From assembly GCF_009914755.1 (NCBI RefSeq), contig NC_060930.1: DNA of 64,000 nucleotides; one strand, given 5' to 3'. The position numbers and the translations under genes were made by a program. The notes beneath the pieces are model-generated. The model worked only from the letters and a program-made list of their open reading frames with translations, ran no database searches and was not told the DNA's origin. The stretch's first letter is position 1; each line of letters opens with the position of its first letter. This DNA comes from the human T2T-CHM13v2.0 reference genome, Homo sapiens. This document shows, in pieces, positions 14,807 to 29,135 of the stretch.

Positions 14807-16437
14807 AACCATTTCTACATTTCTAATAAACCAGCTCTAGAACATCTGACTTTTAGCAGTGTAGCTTTGCAGTGAGCCTTCTGAGAAAAGCAATTGGAAG
14901 TTGTATTTGTGAAGGTAACTGTTTTTATCTTTTCAGTGAATTCTTGGATATTAGCCAATGTGATTAATGACTTTAATTTTAAGACTCATTGATGTTAAGC
15001 CATTCTGTATGGCAGTAATGGAATGGCAGGAGCAACTATCTCTTGTGGCCATTTCAAATGCGAAAAACTGAATTCTCATCATCAGCATTACTCCCAGTGT
15101 GCAGCTTACCTCGTCACACAGGACAGCCCAGCCTCCCCTCGCCGTGTTCTGCAGATGTGATTTCCAGCTGGCGGTGCTCCCTCTGCTCCGTCTCACCCTG
15201 CTCCATTCAGAAGACGTGCCACATCAGTCTGGAAAAGCAAGTCCTCCTTTACTCTGAGACATATTACAGTGGAGCCTAGACTGCCATCATCATGGCAACC
15301 ATGGGGCTCCCTCTTATGTGAAGTTCGTTCGCCCTTTACCTGAGCCATGTTTTTCACCTGTCCCGCTTGGCAGTGCATGCGTGGGTCCGGCCTCTTCAGG
15401 ACTGCTGTGCTTGGCAGCTCCCTGGCTCAGCTGGGAGGAAGATAGCAAATGGGAAATTTCTCTGTTTTTCCATAACTTTATGATAATTCGATTTTGGACT
15501 CATACCTTTATTTCTTATTGTTTCTGATATTTCTATTTTGACAAACATAATAGAATGTAGATTTACCTTTTAGATGGTATTTATTCCCTTCAATGCTGTT
15601 ACTTCTGAGCATTTTGTGATCATTTCCATTTCTCATCTGTGAAACTGGTATTCAGTGTCTAGCAAGCAATGAATGAAGCATTTAGTGCTTTTTTTCTTCT
15701 TCCGTACGCCTTTAGCCTCCCAACCCTTAATTGTGAACATCGTGTAAACTTTGCTTTTCAGAACACCAGCCCTTTTTTGCTTTTCTCTGAGACATCATTC
15801 ATTCGCACTGTCGTGTCTTCAGCTTTGTGCTGTGAGAGTGACTCAAAGAATCCACTGTGTGGGAAGCACATGTTCTTCTCATTAGCACAGATATATGTCT
15901 AAAACTCGTTTATGGAGTAGTCAATACTGTGTATGACATTGTGTAGGGACTGTTTTCTCAGAACTCTCAGGTTTAGATGGGGAGAGAAACTTGTAAATGT
16001 GATAGTTGCTAATAGAAATATGTACAGCGTGTTTGTCACGGGGAAATGAAGGTAAACTTAATGCTTCAGGGTCAGAGGAAGAATCTCACAGTCAGAATAC
16101 TTCAATGAAGTTTTAGAGGACCATGACAGGTTACTTTAGGAGAGGGGCAAGTGTTAGGAAGATCCGCTATATTATGACAAGGACATATGATGTTTAGAGA
16201 ACTGTGGATAATCTGAGGTGGTGGGCCCAGCACCAGGTGTGAGGGGCCTTTGGTGCTGTTGTTAGGGGTTATATTTTCTTTCCCAGTCATAATTCTCAGC
16301 TTGCAGTCTGCAGATTCCTAGGGGGTCTATGGATCAGCACTTAGAATATGTAAGAGTTTGCTATGGAACGTCTTAACTTTGTGGGTTTAAATATATATGT
16401 AAGCTATATTGGCATGTTCTATATCATTTAAATCATT

Positions 16438-16560
16438 ACACCTCAAAGTGTGGTGCTCAGAATGGTGCTGATCCACAAACTATCAGTTTCCAGTTCACAA
16501 GGAGATAACCACAGAGGCTGAGAGTAACCGTTGAGAAACTTACAGCAATTTGACTTGGTA
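16438..16560. mobile_element. hAT-Charlie DNA transposon end fragment
   Basis: ctcaaagtgtggt...gagagtaaccgttgagaaacttacagcaatttgac resembles a Charlie terminus. Confidence 0.4.
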
Positions 16561-16918
16561 CTGCCGTGTCATTCAAGTGTAGTATGTTTGAAATGCCAGT
16601 TTGTTGAAGTAGTATTACACACAACAGAATTCATACTTTTAAAACATAGCTACATGAGTTTTGAAGGATATATACAGTCATGTAAACACCCCACAATCAA
16701 GATAGAGAAAATTTCCATCTCCTGGAAAAGTTCTCTTATGTCCTACCAATCTGTTATCTGTCTCTATAGTTTCGCCTTGTCTAGAATGTCATGAGAATTG
16801 AATTCATATTGTAGATAATCTTTAGTGACTAATCTCTTTTTGTTAAACATAATTCTTTTGAGATTCATGTATTTTGTTCTGTATAGGAATAAGTTATTTT
16901 TATTACTAGGTCATATTC

Positions 16919-17566
16919 TGCTATCAGAAAAGGGTCCTGATCCACACCCCAAGAGAGTGTTCTTGGATCTCGTGTGAAAAAGAATTCCGGGCAAGTCCGC
17001 AGTGTAAAGTGAAAGCAAGTTTATTAAGAAAGTAAAGAAACAAAAGAATGGCTACTCCATAGACAGAGCAGTGGCATGGGCTGTTCCACTGCATAATACT
17101 TAGGGTTATCTCTTGATTATATGCTAAACAAGAGGTGGATTATTCATGAGTTTTCCAGGAAAGGGGCAGGCAATTCCCAGAAGTGAGGGTTCCTCCCCCT
17201 TTTAGAGTATATAGGGTAGTTTCCAGACATTACCATGGCATTTGTAAACTGTCATTGTGCTGGTGGGAATGTCTTTTAGCATGCTGATGCATTAAAATTA
17301 GCATATAACCAGCAATGAGGAGGACCACAGGCCACTTTTGTCGCCATCTTGGATTTGGTGGGTTTTGGCCTGCTTCTTTACCATATCCTGTTTTCTCAGC
17401 AGGGTTTTTGTGACCTGTATCTTGTGATACCACCCCTGCTGACCTCCTATCTCATCCTGTGACTCAGAATGCCTCACCTCCTGGGAATGCAGCCCAGCAG
17501 GTCTCATCCTTATTTTACCCAGCTCCTACTCAAGATGGAGTCACTCTGGTTCAGATGCCTTTGACA
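16919..17566 (-). mobile_element. ERV1 solo LTR, MER41 family (MER41B-like)
   Basis: TG...CA ends; 4-bp TSD attc at 16915-16918 and 17567-17570; MER41 hallmarks (aagatggagtcactctggttcag, tggctactccatagacagagcag); minus-strand AATAAA at 17020-17025. Confidence 0.88.
17153..17182. promoter_or_regulatory. Tandem GAS (STAT) motifs in MER41
   Basis: TTCCAGGAA at 17153-17161 and TTCCCAGAA at 17174-17182 both fit TTCN3GAA. Confidence 0.65.
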
Positions 17567-17746
17567 ATTCTACTATATGGATATACCACAATTTCTCCAT
17601 TCACTGGTTGATGGACATTTTGGGTGTTTTGGGGTTGAGCTATTCTGAATTAAGCTGCATTGGACTTCCAGTGCACATGTTTCCATATCTTAGGTAAATA
17701 CTTAGGAATGGAATTGCTCTGTCATATGCTAAGTGTCTGTTTAATT

Positions 17747-17954
17747 CAGGGTTTCTCTGTTTCATGTTTTGGGTTGGATAATTCTTTGTGGTGGGAAACC
17801 ATTCCGTCCATTATGGGATCTTTAGCAACATCTTTGGCCTCTACCCACTAGATGTCAGGATGCTCCCCACTCCCAGTTTTGATCACCAAAAATGTCTTCA
17901 GACCTTACCAAATGTCCCCTGGTGGTTAAGATGGCCCCCAGTTGAGAAATATTG
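17747..17954 (+). mobile_element. MER20 (hAT-Charlie)
   Basis: ggataattctttgtggtggg...ggcctctacccactagatg...aaaaatgtcttcagac...ttgagaa. Confidence 0.8.
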
Positions 17955-18571
17955 GTTTATTGTAAAAAACTACCAAACTGTTTTTGAAACTACCAAAGTG
18001 GTTTTATCATTCCCACCCAATAATTTACGAGTTCTAGTTTCAATGTGTCATATCTTAATTTTTATTCATTTAAATATATTTTCTGATTTCCCTTGTGATG
18101 ACTTCTTTGGCTCATGTGTTACTTAGAGAAGTATGTTGTTTAATTTCCCAATATTTGGGAGATTTTTCAGATATTTTTCTGTTGATTTCTGATTTATTTG
18201 CATTTGGACATAGAACTTTTTTTGTACAATTTCAATCCTTTTAAATATTTGAAATGTATTTTGTGTTCCAGAATATGGTCTGTGGTGGTGGATGACCCAT
18301 GTACACTTGAAAAAAATGTCAATTATGTTGTTGTTGAGTGGAATGTCATGTGCATAATTTTATATGTGACCAAATTATCAGCCTGTGATGTGCTGGAAAT
18401 GTTTAAAAAGTTCTTTGCTAATGACCAGTGCCTCTCCATCTGTCTGTAGCTTATAGCCTGTGTTCCCATTTGTCTTGATGATTGCCTTGATGCCAAGTGA
18501 TAACCGCAGGTGCTGGTGTTTCACTTATAATGAAGCCTTTTCCCTCCTGGACTTTGCACACCTAATCCTGA

Positions 18572-18935
<364 letters not shown>

Positions 18936-19134
18936 AAGTTTTTTATGTTTTAGGAAAACATTAAATGCAAGGTAGAAATGAGAACAAAATGTTTCTTGTG
19001 GCTCGTTGAGACGAGTCCTGCCTGTATCTCCAGAATCCACTCCTCAGCCTTCCCGTGCTGCATCCCGTCCCATTGCTACTGAAGAAACTCCTTCAGTCTG
19101 GAATTTCCTATCACTTTTCTCTACATTTTGAATC

Positions 19135-19658
19135 TGGATTAGTTATGTTTGTTTGTTTGCTTTTTTTTTTTTTTCTGGGTAACAAATTACACTTAGTGGC
19201 CTAACATAGCACGAATTGACTATATCATAATATCCTTGCATGAGGAGCCTGGCTATGGATTGATAGGGTCCCCTGATCAGGATCTTACCAGGTTGAAATC
19301 AAGGCAGAGGCAGGGCTGTGTACTCTGAAGCTGGGGTGCTATCATCAGCTCACTCCAGCTATTGGGAGAATTTGTTCCGTCCCACTGTAGAAGTGAAGTT
19401 CCCATTTTCTCCCTGGCTGCTGGTGCCTCTCTGAGCTCCTTTAGGACTTCTCAAGGGCCCGAGCCATGTGGCCTCTTCACAGCCAGGAGGTGGATCTCTC
19501 TCCAATCGGCCAAGATGGAGTCCTAGATAAAAAGTAAAGCAGTCACAGGCTTAAATTCCCATTGTGTTCCTAGATCCCACCCATACTCAACGGGAGGAGT
19601 TTACACAAGGCATGTGCATGCGGGGTGGGAGTCTCCGAGGCCATCTCAGCCTACCACA
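19135..19658 (-). mobile_element. MaLR LTR (MLT1D-like)
   Basis: taacaaattacacttagtggc...gaaatcaagg...cccacccatactcaacgggaggag...gcctaccaca. Confidence 0.65.
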
Positions 19659-20426
19659 GGATCCTACTCATCTGTTAGTGTCCAGTTGGAATTATATCCT
19701 TTCATGAGCTCATTTCATAAGCTTTCCTGCAGTGTGAACTGCTCCTTTGCCTGCCTTCATTCTGCAGTTTCTATCTTCCCTTTTACACTGCCTCAGTTTG
19801 TGAAGTAAACCCTTCTAATTTATGGCACTGACACAATCTGAGCAGGACACTGTACCTTTGGAGTAGGTGGTGCTAGTTATACCCCTCGTCTGGGCCTGCT
19901 TGTGTTCTCTGCAATGCTGAAGTGGCTGTTGGTAAGAATAAGCATTATGGTGTTTAATAAAACTGAGGTTCTTAAAGGCATGACGTATGTACTTTCTTCA
20001 TGTAAGTTCGTTCTAAACATGTTATGGCCACTATGGCATGTTTTGAATGTATCTCATTATCTACTACACTTAAGGACAGAGACCGTCTTTTCTTTCCACT
20101 CTGTAACCTATATTCAGTGGGCTAAATGTTTGAATCAGAGCAAGCAAAGACTACAGAAAAATCATAACTCAGTTCAGGAACCAGTGCTTCAGAAAGCCTA
20201 GAATGTAATCAGAAATGAAAGACAGTACTCCAGACAGTATGACTTCAGAATCCGTTCATGAGGGCAGTCCGGAATATGGAGATGAGAAAGCGTGGAAGAT
20301 TGGGCACCCTCATGGATGTCTTTGTAGCGGCTGCCCAGTGCCTTTGCCCGCTGGTAGGCATCTAATTAGTGTCACTGATAACTGTCAGGGAGTGGTATGA
20401 ACCTATCCAATCTCGATACTTTTTAA

Positions 20427-20621
<195 letters not shown>

Positions 20622-20699
20622 TGACTTGCAAGAACTGAATAGATAATAATAAAAATGGCTGTCAAGGATCGACAGGATCATGTACTTGAAAGCCACTGA

Positions 20700-21084
20700 A
20701 TTTTATTTTATTTATTTTATTTTATTTTCATTTTACTTTAAGTTCTGGGATACATGTGCAGAACGTGCAGGTTTGTTGCATAGGTATACGTGTGCCATGG
20801 TGGTTTGCTGTGCCTATCAACCCGTCATCTAGGTTTTAAGCCCCACATGCATTAGGTATTTGTCCTAATGCTCTGCCTCCCCTTGCCTGCCACCCCGCAA
20901 CAGGCCCCGGTGTGTGATGTTCCCCTCCCTGTGTCCATGTGTTCTCATTGTTCAACTCCAACTTATGAGTGAGAACATGTGGTGTCTGGTTTTCTGTTTC
21001 TCTGTTAGTTTGCTGAGAATGATGGTTTCCAGCTTCATCCATGTTTCTGCAAAGGACGTGAACTCATTCTTTTTTATGGCTGCA
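20700..21084 (-). mobile_element. 5'-truncated L1PA (L1PA7/8-like) 3' end
   Basis: ttactttaagttctgggatacatgtgcagaacgtgcagg; TSD about tgaatttta on both sides. Confidence 0.9.
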
Positions 21085-21120
21085 TGAATTTTAAATAATG
21101 TGAATTTGTAAAGAAGTTCT

Positions 21121-21460
<340 letters not shown>

Positions 21461-21530
21461 TCAGAAATTTTATGCAAGAGAAAAGATATTTGTCAATATT
21501 ATTAGTCTAAGCAGAGAACCAATTTTGTAC

Positions 21531-21824
21531 TTTTTTTTTTTTTTTTTTTTAGACAGAATCTCACTCTGTCGCCTGGGCTGGAGTGCGCGATCTTGGCTCA
21601 CTGCAACCTGCGCCTCCTGGGTTCAAGCAATTCTCCTGCCTCAGCCTCCTGAGCAGCTGGGATTACAGGCGCCCACCACTACGCCCAGCTAATTTTGTGT
21701 ATTTTTAGTAGAGACGGGGTTTCACCATGTTGGCCAGGCTGGTCTCAAACTCCTGACCTTGTGATTCGCCCGCCTTGGCCTCCCGAAGTGCTGGGATTAC
21801 AGGAGTGAGCCACTGAGCCCAGCC
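21531..21824 (-). mobile_element. AluS
   Basis: Antisense Alu, tail-to-tail with the previous Alu. Confidence 0.93.
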
Positions 21825-22149
21825 CTCATCTAGTATCTTTTCCAACAATTCTACTCCATTCATTTTTCAGAATGAAGCTGCATATATGTTAGACCATTTG
21901 ATCCTATGCCATAGAACTCTGATGAAAGGTTTTTTTAATTAACGATTTTCTTTTCCTGTGTGCTTTATTTTTGATAATTTTTATTGTCTTCTCTTTGGGT
22001 TGCTCATCTTTTTTTTTTTCCTGTTTTGTCCAAGTAACCATTAAGCCCATCCAGTGAATTAATCATTCCCCAGATAACTGTATTTATCAATTCTAGAATT
22101 TGCATTTGCTTCCTTTTTAGAGTTTTCATTTATCTACTGAAATGCTTGA

Positions 22150-22557
<408 letters not shown>

Positions 22558-23195
22558 TAATTCCAACCATTTGATTATCTAGTGTTCTTTTGTTGTGGTT
22601 GTTTTCCCTTCCTAATCATGGCTTACATATTTCCTGCTGCTTCACTTGTCTTTTTTTTTTTTTTTTAATTGTGTTTGAATGGACAAAGACTGAGGTAGAT
22701 AAAATTTATCCCCAGAAAGTCTTATGCTTTCTACCTTCTGGCTGCTAAGGTGACTAGGCCAGATCTTTTTGTTCTAATCAGGAGTTGAGTTGAATTTCAC
22801 ATCTGCTTTCCTCTTGATGGTGAGATCTAGCCCTGCAGCAGAGTTTGGGATCTAACCATGTGAGATCACAGGATCTCTTTCTGCTTTCCATCCACTTACC
22901 AGCTTCTTCCACCACCAGCGTTTGTAAGCAGAAATATTATGAAGGAGAATTGGCTGGCAGTGAGGGTTAGCTCTGTTTCTCCATTTTCCAATCTGCCATG
23001 CCAGCCCATGCTTGGCTGACGCAAGTGTGGCTCATTCTTCTTATTCCAACAAAATGTCTTTGCCAGTAGCAGGCTAGCTCTTCTGCCTACTCACGCCCCA
23101 GTGGCGACAGCAGCCATCAGTGTCTGTCTACCCTAGAAGGGCTCATCTCTCTCTGGAGTTATACTTATTTATATTTGTGTACAGACCTTTTCAAC

Positions 23196-23549
23196 TGTAT
23201 TAGTCCATTTTCATGCTGCTGATAAAGATATACCCCAGACTGGGAAGAAAAAGAGGTTTAATTGGACGTACAGTTCCACATGGCTGGGGAGGCCTCAGAA
23301 TCATGGCGGTGGGCGAAAGGCACTTCTTACATGGCAGCAGCAAGAGAAAATGATGAAGAAGCAAAATCAGAAACCCCTGATAAACCCATCAGATCTTGTG
23401 AGACTTAATCACTATCACGAGAATAGCACAGGAAAGACCGGCCCCTGTGATTCCATTACCTCCACCTGAGTTGCTCCCACAACATGTGGGAATTCTGGGA
23501 GATACAATTGAAGTTGAGATTTGGGCGGGGACACAGCCAAACCATATCA
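23196..23549 (-). mobile_element. THE1 solo LTR (THE1A-like)
   Basis: tgtattagtccatttt...aaaccatatca; 5-bp TSD tcaac. Confidence 0.9.
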
Positions 23550-24455
23550 TCAACTTTAAGGACAGGTATGATTTTTATGAGTGTATTTTGTTATTGTTAT
23601 AGTGAAGCACACTGATTTTGTGTGTGTGCCCATCTGCATCTTGAACCTTTCTATGTATATATGCATATATTTTTGGTTTTACCTTATGAGGACTTTTAAA
23701 AACTTCTACTTGAATAATTATCTGTTTTATTTTAGCATCAATTTCCTTGTAGACTAATTTGAAATAAAGCTGTATCTAATTTACAATAAAACCTGGCTAG
23801 GGCTGTAACTTTTTCTCATTCTCTTTTTAATATATTGTCAGTTATTTAATCAGCAAACATTTAAAGAACACCAACATCGTGTAGAATGGTGTGCTCAACA
23901 CCATGGTGTGACAAATAAAGATGAAAAACACAGTTGCCACCAGAATTAAGTGGCTTAAATTCAATTTTAAGTGTACTTACAACAATCTTTTTTTATGAGA
24001 CACATAGAAATAGACTCTTGATCTCTTGCACTAAATGTCATTTTTTTTCTCCTTTCTGCCTTCAAATTTGAAAGCCAATATATGCATACCTGCACTAATA
24101 TATAATTTTTATAGTTGTCTTTGTGTAACAAACTTAAGAACTTCTAACGGGGCAATTAGGATTTGTACATTCATATTTAGTATATGTTCATAAAATACTT
24201 TGTGAAGTATAGATTATAGATCATACTATTACCTAAGTATTCACTTATAATTAGTATCTATTCTTGTTAGTTTCCTGTTGCTTAGGTAACCAGTTACCAC
24301 AAATCTAGTAGCTTAAAACAACATGTATTTATTATTTTACAGTTCTAGAGGTCAGAAAACCAAAATCCACCCAACTGGGCTAAAGTTAAGGTGTCAGCAG
24401 GGCTGACTCCTTCTGTAGGCTCTTGGGGGAATCCACCTTCTTGACTTTTCTGGCT

Positions 24456-24726
24456 TTTTTTTTTTTTAAATTATACTTTAAGTTCTAGGGTACATGTGCA
24501 CAACGTGCAGGTTTGTTACATATGTATACATGTGCCATGTTGGTTTGCTGCACCCATTAACTCGTCATTTACATTAGGTATTTCTCCTAATGTTATCCCT
24601 CCCTCTTCCCCCCACTCCACGACAGACCCTGGTGTGTGATGTTCCCTGCCCTGTGTCCAGGTGTTCTCATGGTTCAGTTCCCACCTATGAGTGAGAACAT
24701 GCGGTATTTGGTTTTCTGTCCTTGTG
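24456..24726 (-). mobile_element. 5'-truncated L1PA (PA4-6-like) inside the MLT1 LTR
   Basis: attatactttaagttctagggtacatgtgcacaacgtgcagg; TSD cttttc(t/c)ggctttt. Confidence 0.9.
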
Positions 24727-25552
24727 AACTGTCACCTTTTCCGGCTTTTAAAGGCCATCCTCAGTCCTTGGATCACAGCCATGCATCATGTTGCCTTTTC
24801 TCTCTCCTTCATCTTTTGTCACATTGCCTTCTCTTTGACCTTTGCTTCTTTCTTATAAGGATCCTTATGATTGTATCAAGCCTTGCTGGGTAATTCAGGA
24901 TAATCTTCCCATCTCAAAATACTTCTCTTAAAGTAATCCTTTAATACTTTAATACAAATTAATTCTCTAATACAAAAGGAAATGTAAATTTCCTGTTGAA
25001 TATAAGGTAATGTATTTCTAGGTTACAGGGATTAGGACGTAGATATCTTTGGGTAGGGTTGGGGGCATTTTTCAGTCTACCAGAGTCTTCCCTTTGACCC
25101 CTAAAGATTCACATCTGTCTTTTGTAAAATACATTCAGCCTATCCCAAGGTCCCACAAACTCTGAACCCATTGCAAAATCAACTCAAAATCCAAAATGTC
25201 ATCTAAATATCATCAGCCCCTAAGTCCCATTTCATCATTTAATTATCTAAAGCTGGTTTATGTGACACTCTGGGTATGATTCATCCTGGGGCAAAATTCC
25301 TCCCCACTTTTGCACCTGAAGCGAGGTACCTACTCCCAAAATACAATGAGTAGGATAGGCATTGGAGAATAGTTGTAGACATTTCCATTCAAAAAGGGAG
25401 AAAATGAAAGGAGAAGAAAAAGAATCACTGGTTCCAAGCTATTTCAAAATTCAGCCATTAGGTTTCAAGGCCTGGGGATAATTCTCTGTGGCCCTTGGCT
25501 TCACCCATTTGACCTGTATTTCTACCCTCTAAAATATCCTTCTTTTTTAAAG

Positions 25553-25843
25553 TTCTTTTATTTATTTATGAGGCCAGGTCTTGCTCTTTCATCAGGCTGG
25601 AGCCCAGTGGTGCCATCACGGCTCACTGCAACCTCCACCTCCCAGGCTTACATCTCAGCCTCCCGAGTAGCTGGTACTACAAGCACATGGTACCACGCCC
25701 AGCCAATTTTTTGTGTTTTTAGTAGAGAAGGTGTCTTGCCATGTTGCCCAGGCTGTTCTTCAACTCCTGGGCTCAAGCAGTCTGCCTGCCTTGGCCTCCC
25801 ACAGTGTCAGGGTTACAGGCATGATGAGCCACTGTGCCTTACC
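25553..25843 (-). mobile_element. AluJ inside the MLT1 internal region
   Basis: Diverged antisense Alu with J-type ctcctgggctcaagc. Confidence 0.85.
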
Positions 25844-28800
25844 TCCTTTTTTGTTAAGGGTGGCATGTATATGCAGGTGAGTTGTTTTATTACCCTGGCT
25901 TTTGCCTGAAGAATTTGAGGAGTCAAATAGCCTTCTTTCTTTCCTTCTCTTTTTGTTCTTTTGTCCCTCTCAATTCCAGCTGACAGTGTTCCTGATGGTA
26001 AATCATTCTCAAAAACCTTGTGGCTCTCCCATTTATATCATAGGGATTCATTCCATTACACAAGAGGCTCCTCTGCAGATCTTTCTTGAATAATTCATTG
26101 CTATTTCTGGCTTCTGCTGAGACGCCTGAGGGGATCCTTGACTCATATGCTTAATTTCTTCAAAGAGCCCTCTGTTTGACTAAATACCCTGATCCTTCAA
26201 AACTTCTGAGGCATTAACAAAGGGTTGTATAGCTGCACTCATGGCTTTCTCTCCAAAGCACTTTTCTTTCAGCAAAACCCCTAACTTTTTGTCTTTTTCA
26301 GTATAGATAGGCTAAGAATTTCCCAAATTATCTAATCTTGCTCCTCTTTGCATAGCAGTTCTCTTAATTTGTCTGTTTTCTCCTGCAAGAATAAAGCAGG
26401 CTGCATTTTCACTGTTTGCTTGGAAATTTCCTCAGCTAAATATCCAAGTTCATTGTTTACAAGTTTTGCTTTCCACTTCCAATTCATCTAATTCTGCCGC
26501 TATGAATGAACAAGGATCCCCTTTCCTCCACCTTCCACTAACATGTTCCTCATTTCCTTGCGAGCCCTCACCAGCAGGGCTTTTGACATCTGTATTGCTA
26601 CCACCAGTATGTTTATGAATATTTGGATATTCTCAGACAGTATAGGTTTTCTCTACCATGCTCCTCACTTTTTCCTTGCCTGTCACAGTCTATAACATCC
26701 ATATTTCTACAAGAGTCTCTTTAAGGCAAAATAGCCATTTAATATCATGGTGCTCCAAGTTATCTACTACCCACTGACCAATTCCAAGGCTAATTCCACA
26801 TTTTTATGTATTTGTTACAAGCAATACCTCACTTCCAGATACAAAAATACGTATTAGTTTCTTGTTGCTGCTATAATAAATTACCACAAACTTAGAAGCT
26901 TAAAACAACATGAGCTTATTATCTTATATTTTTGGAGGACAGAAATCCAGAATCAGCCTGATTGGCCTAAAGTAAAGGTGTCAGCAGGGCTGGTTCCTTC
27001 TGGAGGCTCTGGGGGAGAATCTGTTCCCTTGCCTTTGCCCGTCTAGAGACAGTCCTCAGTTCTTAGCTTATGACAGCATCACGTTGCCTTCCCCCAAGCC
27101 CTGCCACTTCCCTCTGTAAACACCTCACCCTCTCTCTGAATTTTTGCCTCCCTCTTCGAAGGACTCTTCTGATTACATGGAACCCACCAGGATATTCAGG
27201 ATAATCACCTCATCTGAACATCCTTCCTTAATTATATCTATAAAGATCTTAATGTAGGATAACGTATTCTCAGGTTCCAGGGAGTAAGAGATGGATATCT
27301 GTGGAAGGGGGCTATTATTTAGCCTATCACTTGTGCCATTTTATATCCTATTTCGTCATGACAGATTGCTTGCCTTCAGATATAATAGAGTGGTTTGTCT
27401 TTAGGGATAAAAAATAAGGATAGTATTAAAGTGTTAGCCATTTTTAACTATTTATGTAGAGTAGTCATATTTACATATATAAGAGGGGACTGTGTTGACA
27501 GAAAACTTGTTTTATTACTACAGTTGACCTGCCTTGAGAAAAATACTTAAAATGATTGTAATTCTCTGCAATCTCAGAGGTGGGGCGAGAAAATGGGGAA
27601 AAGGCCTGCTGGCAGCTATGAACTTGTGGATCCCCTGGCCAGGAAACTCTGGAAGCCATTTGGGAATCCTATTGTGCAAGAAGCAGAAATTTCTCTTCCT
27701 TGGTCTCCTTTTAGGCCCTCCTAAGTGATGCTCTAGGCTGTGTTGGCTTCTGTGGTGTCTTTCTCTGTGCGGCCTCCACATCCTGTCCTGTACATTTTTC
27801 TGTCCAGCTGTGGGGCACTCTCCTGGGTGCTAGCAACAGTCTCTGATTGATGGGACCCTGAGTCCTCACCTGTGTGACTCTTTTCCTGCATACCTTGAAA
27901 CCCATTGTTTAAATCTAGTCGGTAAGAAACTCAAGTTAAAATGTGATTTTAATTTTTGATTTTCATTTTACATATTTTGAATTAAGTGCTTTGCCTACCA
28001 CGGCTTTCTTTAACCAACCTGGATCTGTGCTTGAGATAAGTGGGTCAACAATATGGTTGGTCTGTTATGCAAGTGATAACTTGTTCTGTCCACCACTGCA
28101 GCTTCCCATGCTGTATTCGTTCTGAGTGTTTGGGTCTTTGTTGCATATACTCCTGCCAACTCCCCTGAAGCAAAATTTGCTGTTTCAGTGCATTGAACTG
28201 AATATTCAATAATAAAACTTTAATTTATACTTTGTTTTTTAAACAGTCTAAAATTATGAATTCAATATTTAGTCCTACACAGAGCGATACTTATTGAAAA
28301 TTACTCAACATTGTACATTTTACTTACAGATTTTATTAGAACTTACTAATTCTGTGTCTATCCATGGTGGCTTACAAGGTCAGCCCTCATTGGATGAAAT
28401 AATTCAGCAATGTTGGCTGTTATCTTTTTTGCCAGTTGAAGGGTTTTACTGGCTCTCTTCTGAGGCCACAGACTATAATATTTCTAATCCTGAATGGAGT
28501 CTCAAATACTTATCACTGCAACAGGAGTAGATGAGGATGGATGGGTAGTGGCTGCAAACCTATGATACTACACTCTATCCAAGATGATAATACTGGTAGT
28601 TAGTAGTTAATACTTACTTCAGCCTTACTCTGTGTCAAGCATTATTATAAAGACTTTCCATGTCTTAATTTAATTTTCTCAGTAACCCTCTGAGTTTGGG
28701 TGCTGTTATTCTTGCAGTGTTATACGTGAGAAAGTTGTAGCAGAGCCATCATCTCAATAGCATCGTTATATTATGTATGTGGCTCAATCAGGGCTTCCAG

Positions 28801-28979
28801 AAGCCATTCCCTAAAGTTTAACCTGAGTATAAAACTCATAGGTAGATTATTCAGAGCCGAAGGATTTAAATTTTTTTTTTAACAAATCTAAAAATCAGTA
28901 TACAGTTTACAGAAAAATACAGCATGAAGTTTAAATGATCTAATTTATGAACTTACTGGTTTGTAGGCTACAAGTATTA

Positions 28980-29135
28980 ATGCTTTCTCAAACTTCAGTG
29001 TGCAGGTGAATCCCTGATGGAGCTTGTTAAAATGCAGATTCTAATTCAGTGGGTCTGGGGGGGTGCCTGGGATTCTGCATTTCTAACAGTCTCCCAGGTG
29101 AAGCTCATGCTGCTGGTCCACGAGCCACACTTTGA
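28980..29135. mobile_element. MER5A
   Basis: ttctcaaactt...cttgttaaaatgcagattct...ctgcatttctaaca...ccacactttga. Confidence 0.8.

Larger units (their letters stand above)
16600..18360 (-). mobile_element. Old L1 (L1MC/ME) fragments interrupted by MER41 and MER20
   Basis: L1 3' sequence continues across the LTR insertion (tcatattc | attctactatatggatataccacaat...gatggacattt). Confidence 0.6.
24265..27330 (-). mobile_element. Two-LTR MaLR provirus (MLT1B/C-like LTR, internal region, LTR)
   Basis: Homologous LTRs at about 24265-25082 and 26851-27330 (both contain ttaccacaaa...gcttaaaacaacatg...aaggtgtcagcagggctg) flank MLT-int-like sequence. Confidence 0.75.
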
